A stretch of 64,000 bases of DNA, taken from contig NZ_JAUSCF010000020.1 of assembly GCF_030651625.1 (NCBI RefSeq), positions 71,694 through 135,693 of the forward strand, in the 5' to 3' direction. Positions within the stretch are counted from its first letter, which is position 1; each line of letters opens with the position of its first letter. This DNA comes from Hydrogenophaga sp. (GTDB lineage Bacteria; Pseudomonadota; Gammaproteobacteria; Burkholderiales; Burkholderiaceae_C). Positions 46,249 through 56,752 of this stretch are shown here, piece after piece. A program made the translations under genes and the position numbers. The notes beneath the pieces are model-generated. The model did not search any database, was not told the DNA's origin, and saw nothing but the letters and a program-made list of their open reading frames with translations.

Positions 46249-47496
46249 ATGAAACCCAATTCCCTGTTGTGCGCCGCTGCGGTCGCGTTCACCATGTCCA
46301 GCGCGATCGCTGGCGAAGTCGAAGTGCTGCACTACTGGACCTCCGGTGGCGAAGCCAAATCCGCAGGCGAGCTGCGCTCCATGATGCAATCCAAGGGTCA
46401 CACATGGAAAGACTTCGCCGTGGCCGGTGGCGGCGGCGACAACGCCATGACCGTGCTGAAGAGCCGAGTGGTCTCGGGCAACCCGCCGTCAGCCGCCCAG
46501 ATCAAGGGCCCTGCCATCCAGGAATGGGCCGCCGAAGGCGTGCTGGCCAACCTCGACACCGTGGCCAAGGCCGAGAACTGGGACAAGGTGCTGCCCGCCG
46601 TGGTGGCCAACGTCATGAAGTACAAGGGCAACTACGTGGCCGCACCGGTGAACGTGCACCGCGTGAACTGGATCTGGGCCAGCCCTGAAGTGCTGAAGAA
46701 AGCGGGTGTGGCCGGCATGCCCAAGACGCTCGACGAGTTCTTTGCTGCAGCCGACAAGATCAAGGCCGCCGGCCTGATCCCGGTGGCCCATGGCGGCCAG
46801 AACTGGCAGGACTTCACCACCTTCGAATCGGTGGTGCTGGGCGTGGGTGGCCCGAAGTTTTACCAGGACGCACTGGTCAAGCTCGACCAGAAGTCGCTCA
46901 CCAGCGACACCATGAAGAAGTCGCTGGAAGCCTTCCGCAAGATCAAGGGCTACACCGACGCGTCTGCCCCCGGCCGCGACTGGAACCTGGCCACCGCCAT
47001 GGTGATGCAGGGCAAGGCCGGCTTCCAGTTCATGGGTGACTGGGCCAAGGGCGAGTTCATGGCCGCCGGCAAGGTGCCAGGCAAGGACTTCCTGTGCGCA
47101 GCCGCACCGGGCACCGCCAACGCTTTCACCTTCAACGTGGACTCGTTTGCGATGTACAAGCTCAAGGACGCCGGTGCCCAGAAGGCCCAGGCCGACCTGG
47201 CCGCCGCCATCATGAGCCCGCCGTTCCAGGAAGTGTTCAACCTGAACAAGGGCTCCATCCCGGTGCGCCTGAACATGCCCATGGACAAGTTCGACGATTG
47301 CGCCAAGCTCTCCAGCAAGGACTTCGTCGACACCGCCAAGACCGGCGGGCTGGTGCCCTCAGTAGCCCACGGCATGGCCATCAGCCCGGCCGCTGAAGGC
47401 GCCATCAAGGACGCGGTCAGCCAGTTCTGGAACAACGACCGCATGAGCATCGACGATGGCGTGAAGAGCATCGCCTCGGCGGCCCGCAACCAGTAA
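46249..47496 (+). CDS. sugar ABC transporter substrate-binding protein (glucose/mannose GtsA-like)
   Basis: 415 aa. Signal peptide, then EVEVLHYWTSGGE. AAGGAGA RBS. Confidence 0.9.
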   Translation: MKPNSLLCAAAVAFTMSSAIAGEVEVLHYWTSGGEAKSAGELRSMMQSKGHTWKDFAVAGGGGDNAMTVLKSRVVSGNPPSAAQIKGPAIQEWAAEGVLANLDTVAKAENWDKVLPAVVANVMKYKGNYVAAPVNVHRVNWIWASPEVLKKAGVAGMPKTLDEFFAAADKIKAAGLIPVAHGGQNWQDFTTFESVVLGVGGPKFYQDALVKLDQKSLTSDTMKKSLEAFRKIKGYTDASAPGRDWNLATAMVMQGKAGFQFMGDWAKGEFMAAGKVPGKDFLCAAAPGTANAFTFNVDSFAMYKLKDAGAQKAQADLAAAIMSPPFQEVFNLNKGSIPVRLNMPMDKFDDCAKLSSKDFVDTAKTGGLVPSVAHGMAISPAAEGAIKDAVSQFWNNDRMSIDDGVKSIASAARNQ

Positions 47497-47515
47497 GCAC
47501 GGCATCGCCCAAGGG

Positions 47516-47541
47516 GACCCGGTGAAGGTTTTCACCGGGTC
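47516..47541 (+). terminator. perfect 10-bp stem / 6-nt loop hairpin just after the binding-protein gene (possible intra-operon attenuator or mRNA-stabilising terminator)
   Basis: gacccggtga-aggttt-tcaccgggtc, 20 nt after the stop. Followed by ttgtcct, a weak U-tract, so terminator efficiency is uncertain. Confidence 0.4.
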
Positions 47542-47587
47542 TTGTCCTGCGCGGTCCTGAACGGCCAGCGGCGCCCGGAAAGTCCTC

Positions 47588-48451
47588 ATGAACAAACTCG
47601 AACAACTGCTGCCCAAGCTCGTGCTGGCGCCGGCTTTCCTGCTGGGGCTGGCATTCATCTACGGCTTCATGGTGTGGAACGGTGTGCTCTCGGTGTCCGC
47701 CTCGCGCATGCTGCCGAACTACGAGTTCGTCGGCCTGGCGCAGTACGAACGCCTGTTCGCCATGGACCGGTGGTGGGTGGCCATGAAGAACCTCGCCATC
47801 TTCGGCTTTCTCTACGTGGGTGTGTCAATGGCGCTCGGCATATTCCTCGCCATCTTGCTGGACCAGAAGGTGCGCGGTGAAGGCTTTATCCGCACCATCT
47901 ACCTCTACCCCATGGCCCTTTCCTTCGTGGTCACGGGTACGGCGTGGAAATGGATTCTCAACCCCAGCGACGGCCTGCAGAAACTGGTGCAGGACATGGG
48001 TTGGACCACCTTCACTTTCGACTGGCTGGTGCAGTCCGACATGGCCATCTATTGCGTGGTGATTGCGGGGGTGTGGCAGTCGGCAGGCTTCACCATGGCG
48101 CTGTTCCTGGCCGGGTTGCGCGGCATCGACGACAGCATCATCAAAGCCGCACAAATCGACGGCGCCTCGCTGCCGCGCATCTACTGGCGCATCGTTTTGC
48201 CCGCCATGCGCCCGGTGTTCTTCTCCACGCTGATGGTGCTGGCCCATCTGTCCATCAAAAGCTTCGACCTCGTGATGGCCCTCACCGCTGGCGGCCCGGG
48301 CTACGCCACCGATGTGCCCGCCACCTTCATGTACGCCATGAGCTTCAGCCGTGGCCAGATCGGGCTGGGCGCAGCCAGCGCCACCATCATGCTGGCCACC
48401 GTCGCCGCCATCGTGGTTCCCTACCTCTACAGCGAACTGAGGAAGAAATGA
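47588..48451 (+). CDS. sugar ABC transporter permease
   Basis: 287 aa, 6 TM helices, with the EAA-type loop IKAAQIDGASLPRIYWRIVLP. Confidence 0.9.
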   Translation: MNKLEQLLPKLVLAPAFLLGLAFIYGFMVWNGVLSVSASRMLPNYEFVGLAQYERLFAMDRWWVAMKNLAIFGFLYVGVSMALGIFLAILLDQKVRGEGFIRTIYLYPMALSFVVTGTAWKWILNPSDGLQKLVQDMGWTTFTFDWLVQSDMAIYCVVIAGVWQSAGFTMALFLAGLRGIDDSIIKAAQIDGASLPRIYWRIVLPAMRPVFFSTLMVLAHLSIKSFDLVMALTAGGPGYATDVPATFMYAMSFSRGQIGLGAASATIMLATVAAIVVPYLYSELRKK

Positions 48452-48453
48452 AA

Positions 48454-48565
48454 GCCCCCCTGCGCCGCTTTGCGGCTTCCCCCCAAAGGGGGGACCACGC
48501 CGGTGGACCGGCGAAGCCGGCTCCACGGCGTGCGCTTGAACAGGCACGTGCTCCGGTCTTGTCGC
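48454..48565 (+). repeat. GC-rich REP-like intergenic element, copy 2
   Basis: gcccccctgcgccgctttgcggcttccccccaaaggggggac...ggcgaagccggctccacgg. It starts 3 nt after the permease stop, inside the sugar ABC operon. Confidence 0.7.
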
Positions 48566-48608
48566 TGTATAGAGCCACAAGCTGTACAAAAGATCTCGGT
48601 AAATTGCC

Positions 48609-49469
48609 ATGAACCGCCATCGTTTCACCCTCGGCCGTTTCGCCCTGATGGCCACCCTGCTCATAGGCGCGGCGTTCTTCCTGGCGCCGCTGTACGTGAT
48701 GGTCGCGACTTCGTTAAAGGACGCCGACGAAATCCGCAACGGGAACCTGCTGAGCCTGCCGGGCAGCCTCAACTTCTCCGCCTGGCGCGAGGCATGGTCC
48801 ACCGCCTGCACCGGCGCAGATTGCCGGGGCCTGCAACCCTTCTTCTGGAACTCGGTGTGGATGGCGGTGCCGGCGGTGCTGATCTCCACCGCCTGGGGTG
48901 CGGTGAACGGCTACGTGCTCAGCCTGTGGAAATTCAAAGGCAGCGAGGCCTTCTTCGGCCTGTTGCTCTTTGGCGTGTTCATGCCGTTCCAGGTGGTGCT
49001 GCTGCCCATGAGCCAGGTGCTGGGCTGGCTGGGCATTTCCAGCAGCATCGGCGGGCTGGTGCTGGTGCATTGCCTGGCGGGCCTGCCCAGCACCACGCTG
49101 TTCTTTCGCAACTACTACGCCGCCGTGCCGGGCGAACTGCTCAACGCCGCGCGGCTGGACGGTGCCGGCTTCTGGCAGATCTTCCTGCGCATCATCGTTC
49201 CCATGTCCACGCCCATCGTGATGGTCACGCTGATCTGGCAGCTCACCCAGATCTGGAACGACTTCCTGTTCGGTGCGTCCTTCAGCGGCGCCGATTCGCG
49301 GCCTGTGACCGTGGGTCTGAACAACCTGGCCAACACCACCAGCAGCGTCAAGGCCTACAACGTGGACATGGCCGGCGCCCTGATCGCGGCGTTGCCCACG
49401 GTGGCGGTGTACGTGCTGGCCGGGCGCTACTTCGTGCGCGGTCTCACGGCCGGTGCGGTGAAAGGCTGA
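48609..49469 (+). CDS. sugar ABC transporter permease
   Basis: 286 aa with the EAA-type loop LNAARLDGAGFWQIFLRIIVP. Confidence 0.9.
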   Translation: MNRHRFTLGRFALMATLLIGAAFFLAPLYVMVATSLKDADEIRNGNLLSLPGSLNFSAWREAWSTACTGADCRGLQPFFWNSVWMAVPAVLISTAWGAVNGYVLSLWKFKGSEAFFGLLLFGVFMPFQVVLLPMSQVLGWLGISSSIGGLVLVHCLAGLPSTTLFFRNYYAAVPGELLNAARLDGAGFWQIFLRIIVPMSTPIVMVTLIWQLTQIWNDFLFGASFSGADSRPVTVGLNNLANTTSSVKAYNVDMAGALIAALPTVAVYVLAGRYFVRGLTAGAVKG

Positions 49470-49480
49470 AAAGGATGAAA

Positions 49481-49580
49481 CACCCCCGCGCCGCTTCGCG
49501 TCACCCCCTCAAGGGGGCGGCACTGGCCGTCCGGCAAAGCCGGCCCGGCGGTGCCACTGGACTCGACCATTTCATGCGTT
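49481..49580 (+). repeat. GC-rich REP-like intergenic element, copy 3
   Basis: cacccccgcgccgcttcgcgtcaccccctcaagggggcggcac...ggcaaagccggcccggcgg, between the second permease gene and the ATPase gene. Confidence 0.75.
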
Positions 49581-49674
49581 GTGGGTCGTGCGCTGCGCGT
49601 TGGAGCAACTGACATGCCAACGCATTTCTCTCTTCTTTCACTGCCCTGGGTGGCAGTTCATCTTGAGGTCTGAC

Positions 49675-50757
49675 ATGGCATCCGAACTCCACATCCAGGG
49701 CGTGCGCAAGTGCTTCGGCAAGGGCGAGAAGGCGGTCGAAGTCCTGAAGAAAATCGACATCGACGTCGCCCCCGGCGAATTCCTGATCCTGGTCGGTCCA
49801 TCGGGCTGCGGCAAGTCCACGCTGCTGAGCATCATCGCGGGGTTGGAGGAGCCCACCGAAGGCGCCATCCGCATTGGCGGGCGCGATGTGGTGGGCGTGC
49901 CTCCCGCGCAGCGCGACATCGCCATGGTGTTTCAGAGCTACGCCCTCTACCCCACCATGAGCGTGGCCGACAACATCGGCTTCGCGCTGGAGATGCGCAA
50001 GGTGCCCAAGGCCGAGCGACTCCAGCGCATCGGCGAGGTGGCGTCCATGCTGCAGATCGAACACCTGCTGGACCGCCGGCCCAGCCAGCTCTCTGGTGGA
50101 CAGCGTCAGCGCGTGGCCATGGGGCGGGCGCTGGCGCGCCAGCCGCAGCTGTTTCTGTTCGACGAGCCGCTGTCCAATCTGGACGCCAAGCTGCGCGTGG
50201 AGATGCGCGCTGAAATCAAGCGCCTGCACCAGGTCAGCGGCATCACCAGCGTGTACGTCACGCACGACCAGATCGAGGCCATGACCCTGGGCAGCCGCAT
50301 CGCAGTGATGAAAGACGGCATCCTGCAGCAACTGGGCACGCCCGACGACATCTACAACCGCCCGGCCAACACCTACGTGGCCACCTTCATCGGCTCGCCC
50401 ACCATGAACCTGGTGCCGGGTCGAACCGTGGCCGCCGAAGGACGCGGCTTCACCATCACGGGCGCCGACTTGCCGCTCGCGTGCCCGGCAGCGGCGAACA
50501 GCAATGCCCTGATGGGCCTGCGGCCGGAACACATCGGTTTTGGCGACCACGCGCCCTGGCGTGGCGAGGTGAGCGTGGTGGAGCCTACCGGGGCCGATAC
50601 CTTCGTGGTGGTTCAGACCGCCGCTGGCGACGTCACCGTGCGCACCGCGCCGCAGGTGCGCGTGGCACCCGGCGACCGGGTCGGCCTGGACATCCAGGCC
50701 GATCATGTGAACTGGTTCGACCCTGTTTCCGGCTTGCGCATGGCTCCCGCTGCCTGA
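49675..50757 (+). CDS. sugar ABC transporter ATP-binding protein (MalK/UgpC-like)
   Basis: Inner ATG 49675 after a GAGG RBS. Walker A GPSGCGKST, signature LSGGQRQR, Walker B LFLFDEPLS. Confidence 0.9.
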   Translation: MASELHIQGVRKCFGKGEKAVEVLKKIDIDVAPGEFLILVGPSGCGKSTLLSIIAGLEEPTEGAIRIGGRDVVGVPPAQRDIAMVFQSYALYPTMSVADNIGFALEMRKVPKAERLQRIGEVASMLQIEHLLDRRPSQLSGGQRQRVAMGRALARQPQLFLFDEPLSNLDAKLRVEMRAEIKRLHQVSGITSVYVTHDQIEAMTLGSRIAVMKDGILQQLGTPDDIYNRPANTYVATFIGSPTMNLVPGRTVAAEGRGFTITGADLPLACPAAANSNALMGLRPEHIGFGDHAPWRGEVSVVEPTGADTFVVVQTAAGDVTVRTAPQVRVAPGDRVGLDIQADHVNWFDPVSGLRMAPAA

Positions 50758-50889
50758 ACGCCGGATCACCGACGCAGCTTGTGCCAGAGCGTGACCCGAA
50801 CGCAACGGCGCGAGTAACAGCACAGCCGATCGCGAGCACCTTGCGCTAAGCTTTCCCCACGGTCCAGGAATGGACCACAAGGAGACAGC

Positions 50890-51141
50890 ATGAATCCCAC
50901 CCCCCTGCGCGTTGTTCTGGTCTTCAGCCCTGAGGATCAGGCCTGGATTCGGCGCGGCGCATACACGGTGCCCGATTTCTGGCAGGGCCATGGCGTGCCC
51001 CCCGCCATGGGCGATGAATTCCGTCTGGGTGGGCGGCAGTTCACGATCCAGGGGCGGCTCTGGGCGCAGGAAGCCGGGGTCACGCTGCTGCGCGTGTTTG
51101 TGGGCAGTGGCCATGCAGAGAGCGATTCGGTATTCGGATGA
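50890..51141 (+). CDS. hypothetical small protein
   Basis: 83 aa with a strong AAGGAGA RBS 6 nt upstream and native codon usage. No family recognised. Confidence 0.45.
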   Translation: MNPTPLRVVLVFSPEDQAWIRRGAYTVPDFWQGHGVPPAMGDEFRLGGRQFTIQGRLWAQEAGVTLLRVFVGSGHAESDSVFG

Positions 51142-51300
51142 CCCCCCGCGCAGGGAGGGATTCACCCCCCCGCGCCGCCTTCGGCGTCACCCCCCTGAAG
51201 GGGGGCGATACCAGCGGCCCGGCGGAGCCGGTTCCACGGTATCTCTGGATGGGGCATTTCGCTCCGGAAAGGGCTTTTCCGCGCTCTGCGCTGGCTGCAG
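51141..51300 (+). repeat. GC-rich REP-like intergenic element, copy 4 (longest direct copy)
   Basis: ccccccgcgccgccttcggcgtcacccccctgaaggggggcgatacc...ggcggagccggttccacggtatctctggatgggg..., with a partial duplication of the 5' core. Confidence 0.75.
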
Positions 51301-51302
51301 TT

Positions 51303-52670
51303 TCAGCCCAGGGTGAGCACGACCCTCAGGCCATGCGGTTGTACGCGTTCCACGGTGGCGTCGCCGCTGTGCCGGCGGGCGATTTCGCGGACGATCGCAA
51401 GGCCCAGGCCGCAGCCGCCGGGCTGTTCGCTGGCGCGCCAGAAGCGCTGGAACACGTGTGACAGGTCGTCTTCGCTCAGGCCAGGGCCGTTGTCTTCCAC
51501 GACCAGCTGGGTCTGTGCGCCGGCCGCCTCGACCCTGAGGGTGACGGTGCTGCCGCGCGGGGTGTAACGCAGCGCGTTGTCGATCAGGTTGGCCATGGCT
51601 TCGCGAAGTTGCAAGGCGTCGCCTTGCAGTTCGCGGTGTTCGGCGCCCTCGTAACCCAGGTCGATGCCGGCCGCCACCGCCTTGGGCGTCCACTCGCGGG
51701 ATACCTCGCGACCCAGCGCGGCCAGGTCGATGGGGTCGCGGCGTGCGGTGGTTTCGGTTCGGGCCAGGGTGAGCAACTGGTGCACCAGGTGGGCACTGCG
51801 TTCTGCGCCAGTGAGCACCTTCTTCAGGCGTGTGCCCAGCACCGGATCGGCGGTTTCGCGCTGGGCCAGTTCCACCTGGCTGATCAGGCCTGCCAGCGGT
51901 GTGCGCAACTGGTGGGCGGCGTCGTTGATGAAGCGCTTTTCCTGATGCACGCTTCGCTCGACTTCGCCCAGCAGTCCATTGACGGCTTGCACCAGCGCGT
52001 GCACTTCGCTGGGTGCCTGCGTCATGCCGATGGGTTGCAGCGCGTTGATGGATCTGTTTTCCAACTGATCGGCCAGGCGGGTCAGCGGCGCGAGACCGCG
52101 GCGTATGCCGCCGTACACCAGCAGGCTGAGCACCACGCCCAGCGCCAGCAGCGGCGCAAGCAGATCGGCCACGAGTTCGCGCGCGATGCGTTGCTGCACC
52201 GCGGTGCCTTTGCCCACCTGCACACGCAGCGTTTGCGGGGCGTCGGCATCGCCGTACTGCACGTCCAGCGCCACCAGTCGCAGCGGCTGGCCATCCAGCT
52301 CACCGCCGTAGAGCAGTGTTTCTCCAAAGGCCGCTGGCGCGTGAGGGGGCGGGGGCAGGCGCTGGTTGCCGAGCAGGAACTGGCCCGGGGGCGACGACAC
52401 GGTGTAGCTGACACGGTCGTCCGGGTCCTGCTCCAGCACGTCCTGAGCGGCACGCGGAAAGTCGATCAGCAGGCCCGAGCCGATCGGCTTGACCTGGCGC
52501 GAGAGGGCGCGCACCGCCTGCGTGAGTGATTGGTCGATGCCTTTTTCGGCGTAGCTCAAGGCGATGCGGTAGGTCAGCAGACCGCCACCTGCCCACAACA
52601 CCAGTTGCGGCAGCAGCAGCCACAGCAACAGCTGGCGGCGCAGAGACAGGCGGGAGGGGGTGCTGCTCAT
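51303..52670 (-). CDS. two-component sensor histidine kinase (TctE/QseC-like topology)
   Basis: Inner ATG 52670. Two TM helices around a periplasmic domain. H-box AAHQLRTPL, and DNGPGL / GGCGLGLAIV. Confidence 0.85.
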   Translation of the reverse strand: MSSTPSRLSLRRQLLLWLLLPQLVLWAGGGLLTYRIALSYAEKGIDQSLTQAVRALSRQVKPIGSGLLIDFPRAAQDVLEQDPDDRVSYTVSSPPGQFLLGNQRLPPPPHAPAAFGETLLYGGELDGQPLRLVALDVQYGDADAPQTLRVQVGKGTAVQQRIARELVADLLAPLLALGVVLSLLVYGGIRRGLAPLTRLADQLENRSINALQPIGMTQAPSEVHALVQAVNGLLGEVERSVHQEKRFINDAAHQLRTPLAGLISQVELAQRETADPVLGTRLKKVLTGAERSAHLVHQLLTLARTETTARRDPIDLAALGREVSREWTPKAVAAGIDLGYEGAEHRELQGDALQLREAMANLIDNALRYTPRGSTVTLRVEAAGAQTQLVVEDNGPGLSEDDLSHVFQRFWRASEQPGGCGLGLAIVREIARRHSGDATVERVQPHGLRVVLTLG

Positions 52671-52694
52671 CACAGTGCCGTGCCGACCGCCCAT

Positions 52695-53393
52695 TCAGAC
52701 GCCGGAGGCTTCGAGCATGTACCCAAGGCCGCGAATGTTGCGAATGTTCAAGGGCGCACTGGCCAGCTTGCGGCGCAGCCGGTGCACGTAGACCTCCAGT
52801 GCATTCGACGCCACGCCGCTGCTGTCACCGGGCTCGGCCTGCCAGGCGGTGATCACGTCTTCCCGGCTGACCACCTGCCCGGTGTGCCGCATGAGCAGCT
52901 CGAGCAGGGTCCACTCGCGCAAGGTCAGGTCGACTGCGTCTTGGCCTATCCAGACCCGAGGCGGGTGGGACTCCAGCCGCAGCGTTTCCGCGCCGGCAGA
53001 GGCTGTCCGTGGGGCACCCGCTGCAGGCAGGTTGGCACGCCGCAGCAACGCCTGCAGGCGGGCCTGCAGCTCGTCGAGGCTGAAGGGTTTGGTCAGATAG
53101 TCGTCGGCGCCAGCGTTGAGGCCGGCCACCCGGTCCTCCACACCGTCGCGGGCGGTGAGCACCAGCACCGGCAGCGCGGGCAAACGCTCGCGCAGGCGCC
53201 GCAACACAGAAAGGCCATCCACCTTCGGCAGCCCGAGATCGAGCACCACGCCATCAAAGCTTTGGGCTTCCAGCCGTTCAAGTGCGATCTGCCCGTCTTC
53301 CGCCAAAGAGATGCGGTGGCCGGCCTGCATGAGCTGGGCACTGAGCCCATCTCGCAGGAGCTCGTCGTCTTCAACGATCAACAGGTGTGCCAT
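52695..53393 (-). CDS. OmpR-family response regulator
   Basis: Inner ATG 53393. LLIVEDDELL, receiver Asp in VVLDLGLPKVDG, and the winged-helix LEVYVHRLRRKL. Confidence 0.9.
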   Translation of the reverse strand: MAHLLIVEDDELLRDGLSAQLMQAGHRISLAEDGQIALERLEAQSFDGVVLDLGLPKVDGLSVLRRLRERLPALPVLVLTARDGVEDRVAGLNAGADDYLTKPFSLDELQARLQALLRRANLPAAGAPRTASAGAETLRLESHPPRVWIGQDAVDLTLREWTLLELLMRHTGQVVSREDVITAWQAEPGDSSGVASNALEVYVHRLRRKLASAPLNIRNIRGLGYMLEASGV

Positions 53394-53408
53394 GCAGAGA
53401 TTATCGTG

Positions 53409-53600
53409 TGCCCCCACGCTCCACCGCTGCGTGGGTCGCTGCCCCCCGAGGGGCTGACCTTGCTTGGGGCGGCCCGGCGCTGCGGTCGGTCCGTTGCCCC
53501 CACGCTCCACCGCTGCGCGGGTCGCTGCCCCCCGAGGGGGCTGATCCGGCTTGGGGCTGCCCGGCGCCGGATCGGGTCGCCCTCACGCTCCAGCGCAGGG
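53409..53600. repeat. 86-bp tandem repeat (2 full units plus a partial third) immediately upstream of the response-regulator start
   Basis: Unit A is 53409-53494 and unit B is 53495-53580. Both begin tgcccccacgctccaccgctgcg[t/c]gggtcgctgccccccgagggg. A degenerate third start, cctcacgctccagcgc, lies at 53581. Confidence 0.8.
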
Positions 53601-53605
53601 ATGGT

Positions 53606-53752
53606 TGACCCTATGCCCTTCCCGAGCGAGGTGCCCCAGTCAAGAGATACCGTCGGGCCGGCTTTGCCGGACGACTGGTATCGCCCCCTTGAGGGGTGGC
53701 GCAAAGCGCCGCGGGGGTGTTTCAGACCTTCAGCAAAGCGCCGCGGGGGTGT
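53606..53752 (-). repeat. GC-rich REP-like intergenic element, copy 5 (inverted; core duplicated)
   Basis: The reverse complement reads ccccgcggcgctttgc (twice) ...cacccctcaagggggcgataccagtcgtccggcaaagccggcccgacggtatctcttgactgggg, homologous to the copies at 49481 and 51141. Confidence 0.75.
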
Positions 53753-53753
53753 C

Positions 53754-54170
53754 TCAGTCCACCTCCAGGTTCCACCGAAAGCCGCAGCGCTTGCAACACA
53801 CCGGCACCAGCCGCTGCGCCTGTGGCCGCCGGTCCTGGGCATCCTGCAGCTTCAACAGGCCATAAGCCTCGCACTGACCGCAGTTGGCCTGGTTGGCCAG
53901 TTCTTCGGCGTGCATGAGCAGATAGAGGTAGCGGCGCATGGCCCAGAGGGTGACGGCGGCGCACAGCAGCACGAAGCCGGTGTTGAGGATCTTCTCACCG
54001 GCGCTGGCGCCATGAAAGGCCTCGAAGCTCGCCATCATGGCCACGGCAGCGACCAGGGCCAGTGCCATGTGGGCATGGCTGGAGAGCAGCTCACGTTCGT
54101 ACCACTTGCGAAATCCCACCCGCTGAATGCCATCGGCCAGGGAACGGTTGAGCGGGTTGCGAGCGGTCAT
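53754..54170 (-). CDS. hypothetical membrane protein with C-terminal zinc-ribbon-like motif
   Basis: Inner ATG 54170. Two hydrophobic helices (MALALVAAVAMMASF, GFVLLCAAVTLWAM). C-terminal CGQC...CCKRCG. Confidence 0.45.
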   Translation of the reverse strand: MTARNPLNRSLADGIQRVGFRKWYERELLSSHAHMALALVAAVAMMASFEAFHGASAGEKILNTGFVLLCAAVTLWAMRRYLYLLMHAEELANQANCGQCEAYGLLKLQDAQDRRPQAQRLVPVCCKRCGFRWNLEVD

Positions 54171-54256
54171 GGCAGGCTCCTGATGGGGCACATGGTGGCA
54201 CAGACCGGACTTTCTCGCCAGCATTTCTGGTCAATACCAGCCGGCGCCCCGGTTGC

Positions 54257-55162
54257 TCAGGCTTCAATCATCTGCTGCAACGGGAAGGCGGGCGCCTTGC
54301 CGTCCTTGTCTTGCCCTGCGTACACGGTGAGGTGAGGGTAAGGGATCTCGATGCCCTTGGCGTCGAATGCCGCCTTGAGCCTGCGCAGGTACTCGCGGCG
54401 CACGCCCCATTGCTCGATGGGCAGGGTGCGGAAGCGGCAGCGGATCACCACGGCAGAATCACCCCAGCTGTTCACCCCGGCGATATCGAGATCGCCCGTG
54501 ATTTTTGCCTGGTAGTCGGGGTGTTCACGCATCTGAGCGGCCACCTCCCTCATCACGGCCATCACGTCGTCCACGTTCTCGCGGTAAGCCACGCCGATGT
54601 CCATCACCGCATGGCTGAAACCGCGCGTCATGTTGATCACGGTGGTGATGTGGCCGTTGGGCACGTAGTGCACATTTCCGTCATAGTCGCGCAACTGCAC
54701 GTAGCGCAGGGTGATCACTTCCACCACGCCCGAGTGGCTGCCCAGTTGCACCACATCGCCTTGGCGGATCTGGTTCTCCAGCAGCAGGAAAAACCCGGTG
54801 AAGAAGTCCTTCACCAGGCTTTGTGCACCAAAACCCACCGCCAGGCCAACGACACCGGCCGCACCCAGAATCGGCGCGACCGACACACCCAGTTCGGAAA
54901 GCACCAGCATGCCGGCGATCAGACTCACCACGACCGCCACCAGGTAGCGGAACACCCGGCTCAGGGTTTCAGCGCGTTTGGCGGATTCGGCATCGTCCAT
55001 GCGCATGGCGATGCGGGCTCGCAGTGTGCGGATGGCTCGCTGCAGCACCATCACCAGCACCCAGGCCGCGAGGATGATGAAAGTGATGCGAGTCAGGCTG
55101 GCTGCAGCACCGCCCAGGCTCTCCCACCATCGGGTCGCCATTTCAATGAAGTTCTCGTTCAT
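54257..55162 (-). CDS. mechanosensitive ion channel (MscS family)
   Basis: Inner ATG 55162 after an AAAGGAGAA RBS. Three TM helices, then QIRQGDVVQLGSHSGVVEVITLRY, a typical MscS beta-domain. Confidence 0.85.
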   Translation of the reverse strand: MNENFIEMATRWWESLGGAAASLTRITFIILAAWVLVMVLQRAIRTLRARIAMRMDDAESAKRAETLSRVFRYLVAVVVSLIAGMLVLSELGVSVAPILGAAGVVGLAVGFGAQSLVKDFFTGFFLLLENQIRQGDVVQLGSHSGVVEVITLRYVQLRDYDGNVHYVPNGHITTVINMTRGFSHAVMDIGVAYRENVDDVMAVMREVAAQMREHPDYQAKITGDLDIAGVNSWGDSAVVIRCRFRTLPIEQWGVRREYLRRLKAAFDAKGIEIPYPHLTVYAGQDKDGKAPAFPLQQMIEA

Positions 55163-55236
55163 TTGTTCTCCTTTCAGAATGTGCCAAAAGCAAAGCGGGC
55201 GCCGGCCTTGCAGCCAGCGCCCGCCGATGGGAAGAA

Positions 55237-56619
<1,383 letters not shown>

Positions 56620-56667
56620 CCGATACCTTCCAGTTTGCAGAATTCAATCTGTGGCAAGCGACGTGCC

Positions 56668-56752
56668 TCCATCAAGTCGCAACGCGGAACCGGCTTCGCC
56701 GGGCCGGGGGTGCGGCCCCCTGGTGGGAGGCGCAGAAGGCGCATCGGGGGGA
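56668..56752 (-). repeat. GC-rich REP-like intergenic element, copy 6 (inverted, short)
   Basis: The reverse complement reads cccccgatgcgccttctgcgcctcccaccagggggccgcacccccggcccggcgaagccggttccgcg. Confidence 0.65.

Noticed and set aside
53409-53756. Possible CRISPR array, considered because of repeated units.
   Set aside because: The units are 86 bp and directly tandem with no unique spacers. The rest belongs to the dispersed REP-like family, and there are no cas genes in the window.
52530-54335. 601-aa plus-strand ORF across the response regulator, the repeats and the small membrane protein.
   Set aside because: It runs through REP-like and tandem-repeat DNA and is antisense to a canonical OmpR-type regulator, so it is a shadow ORF.
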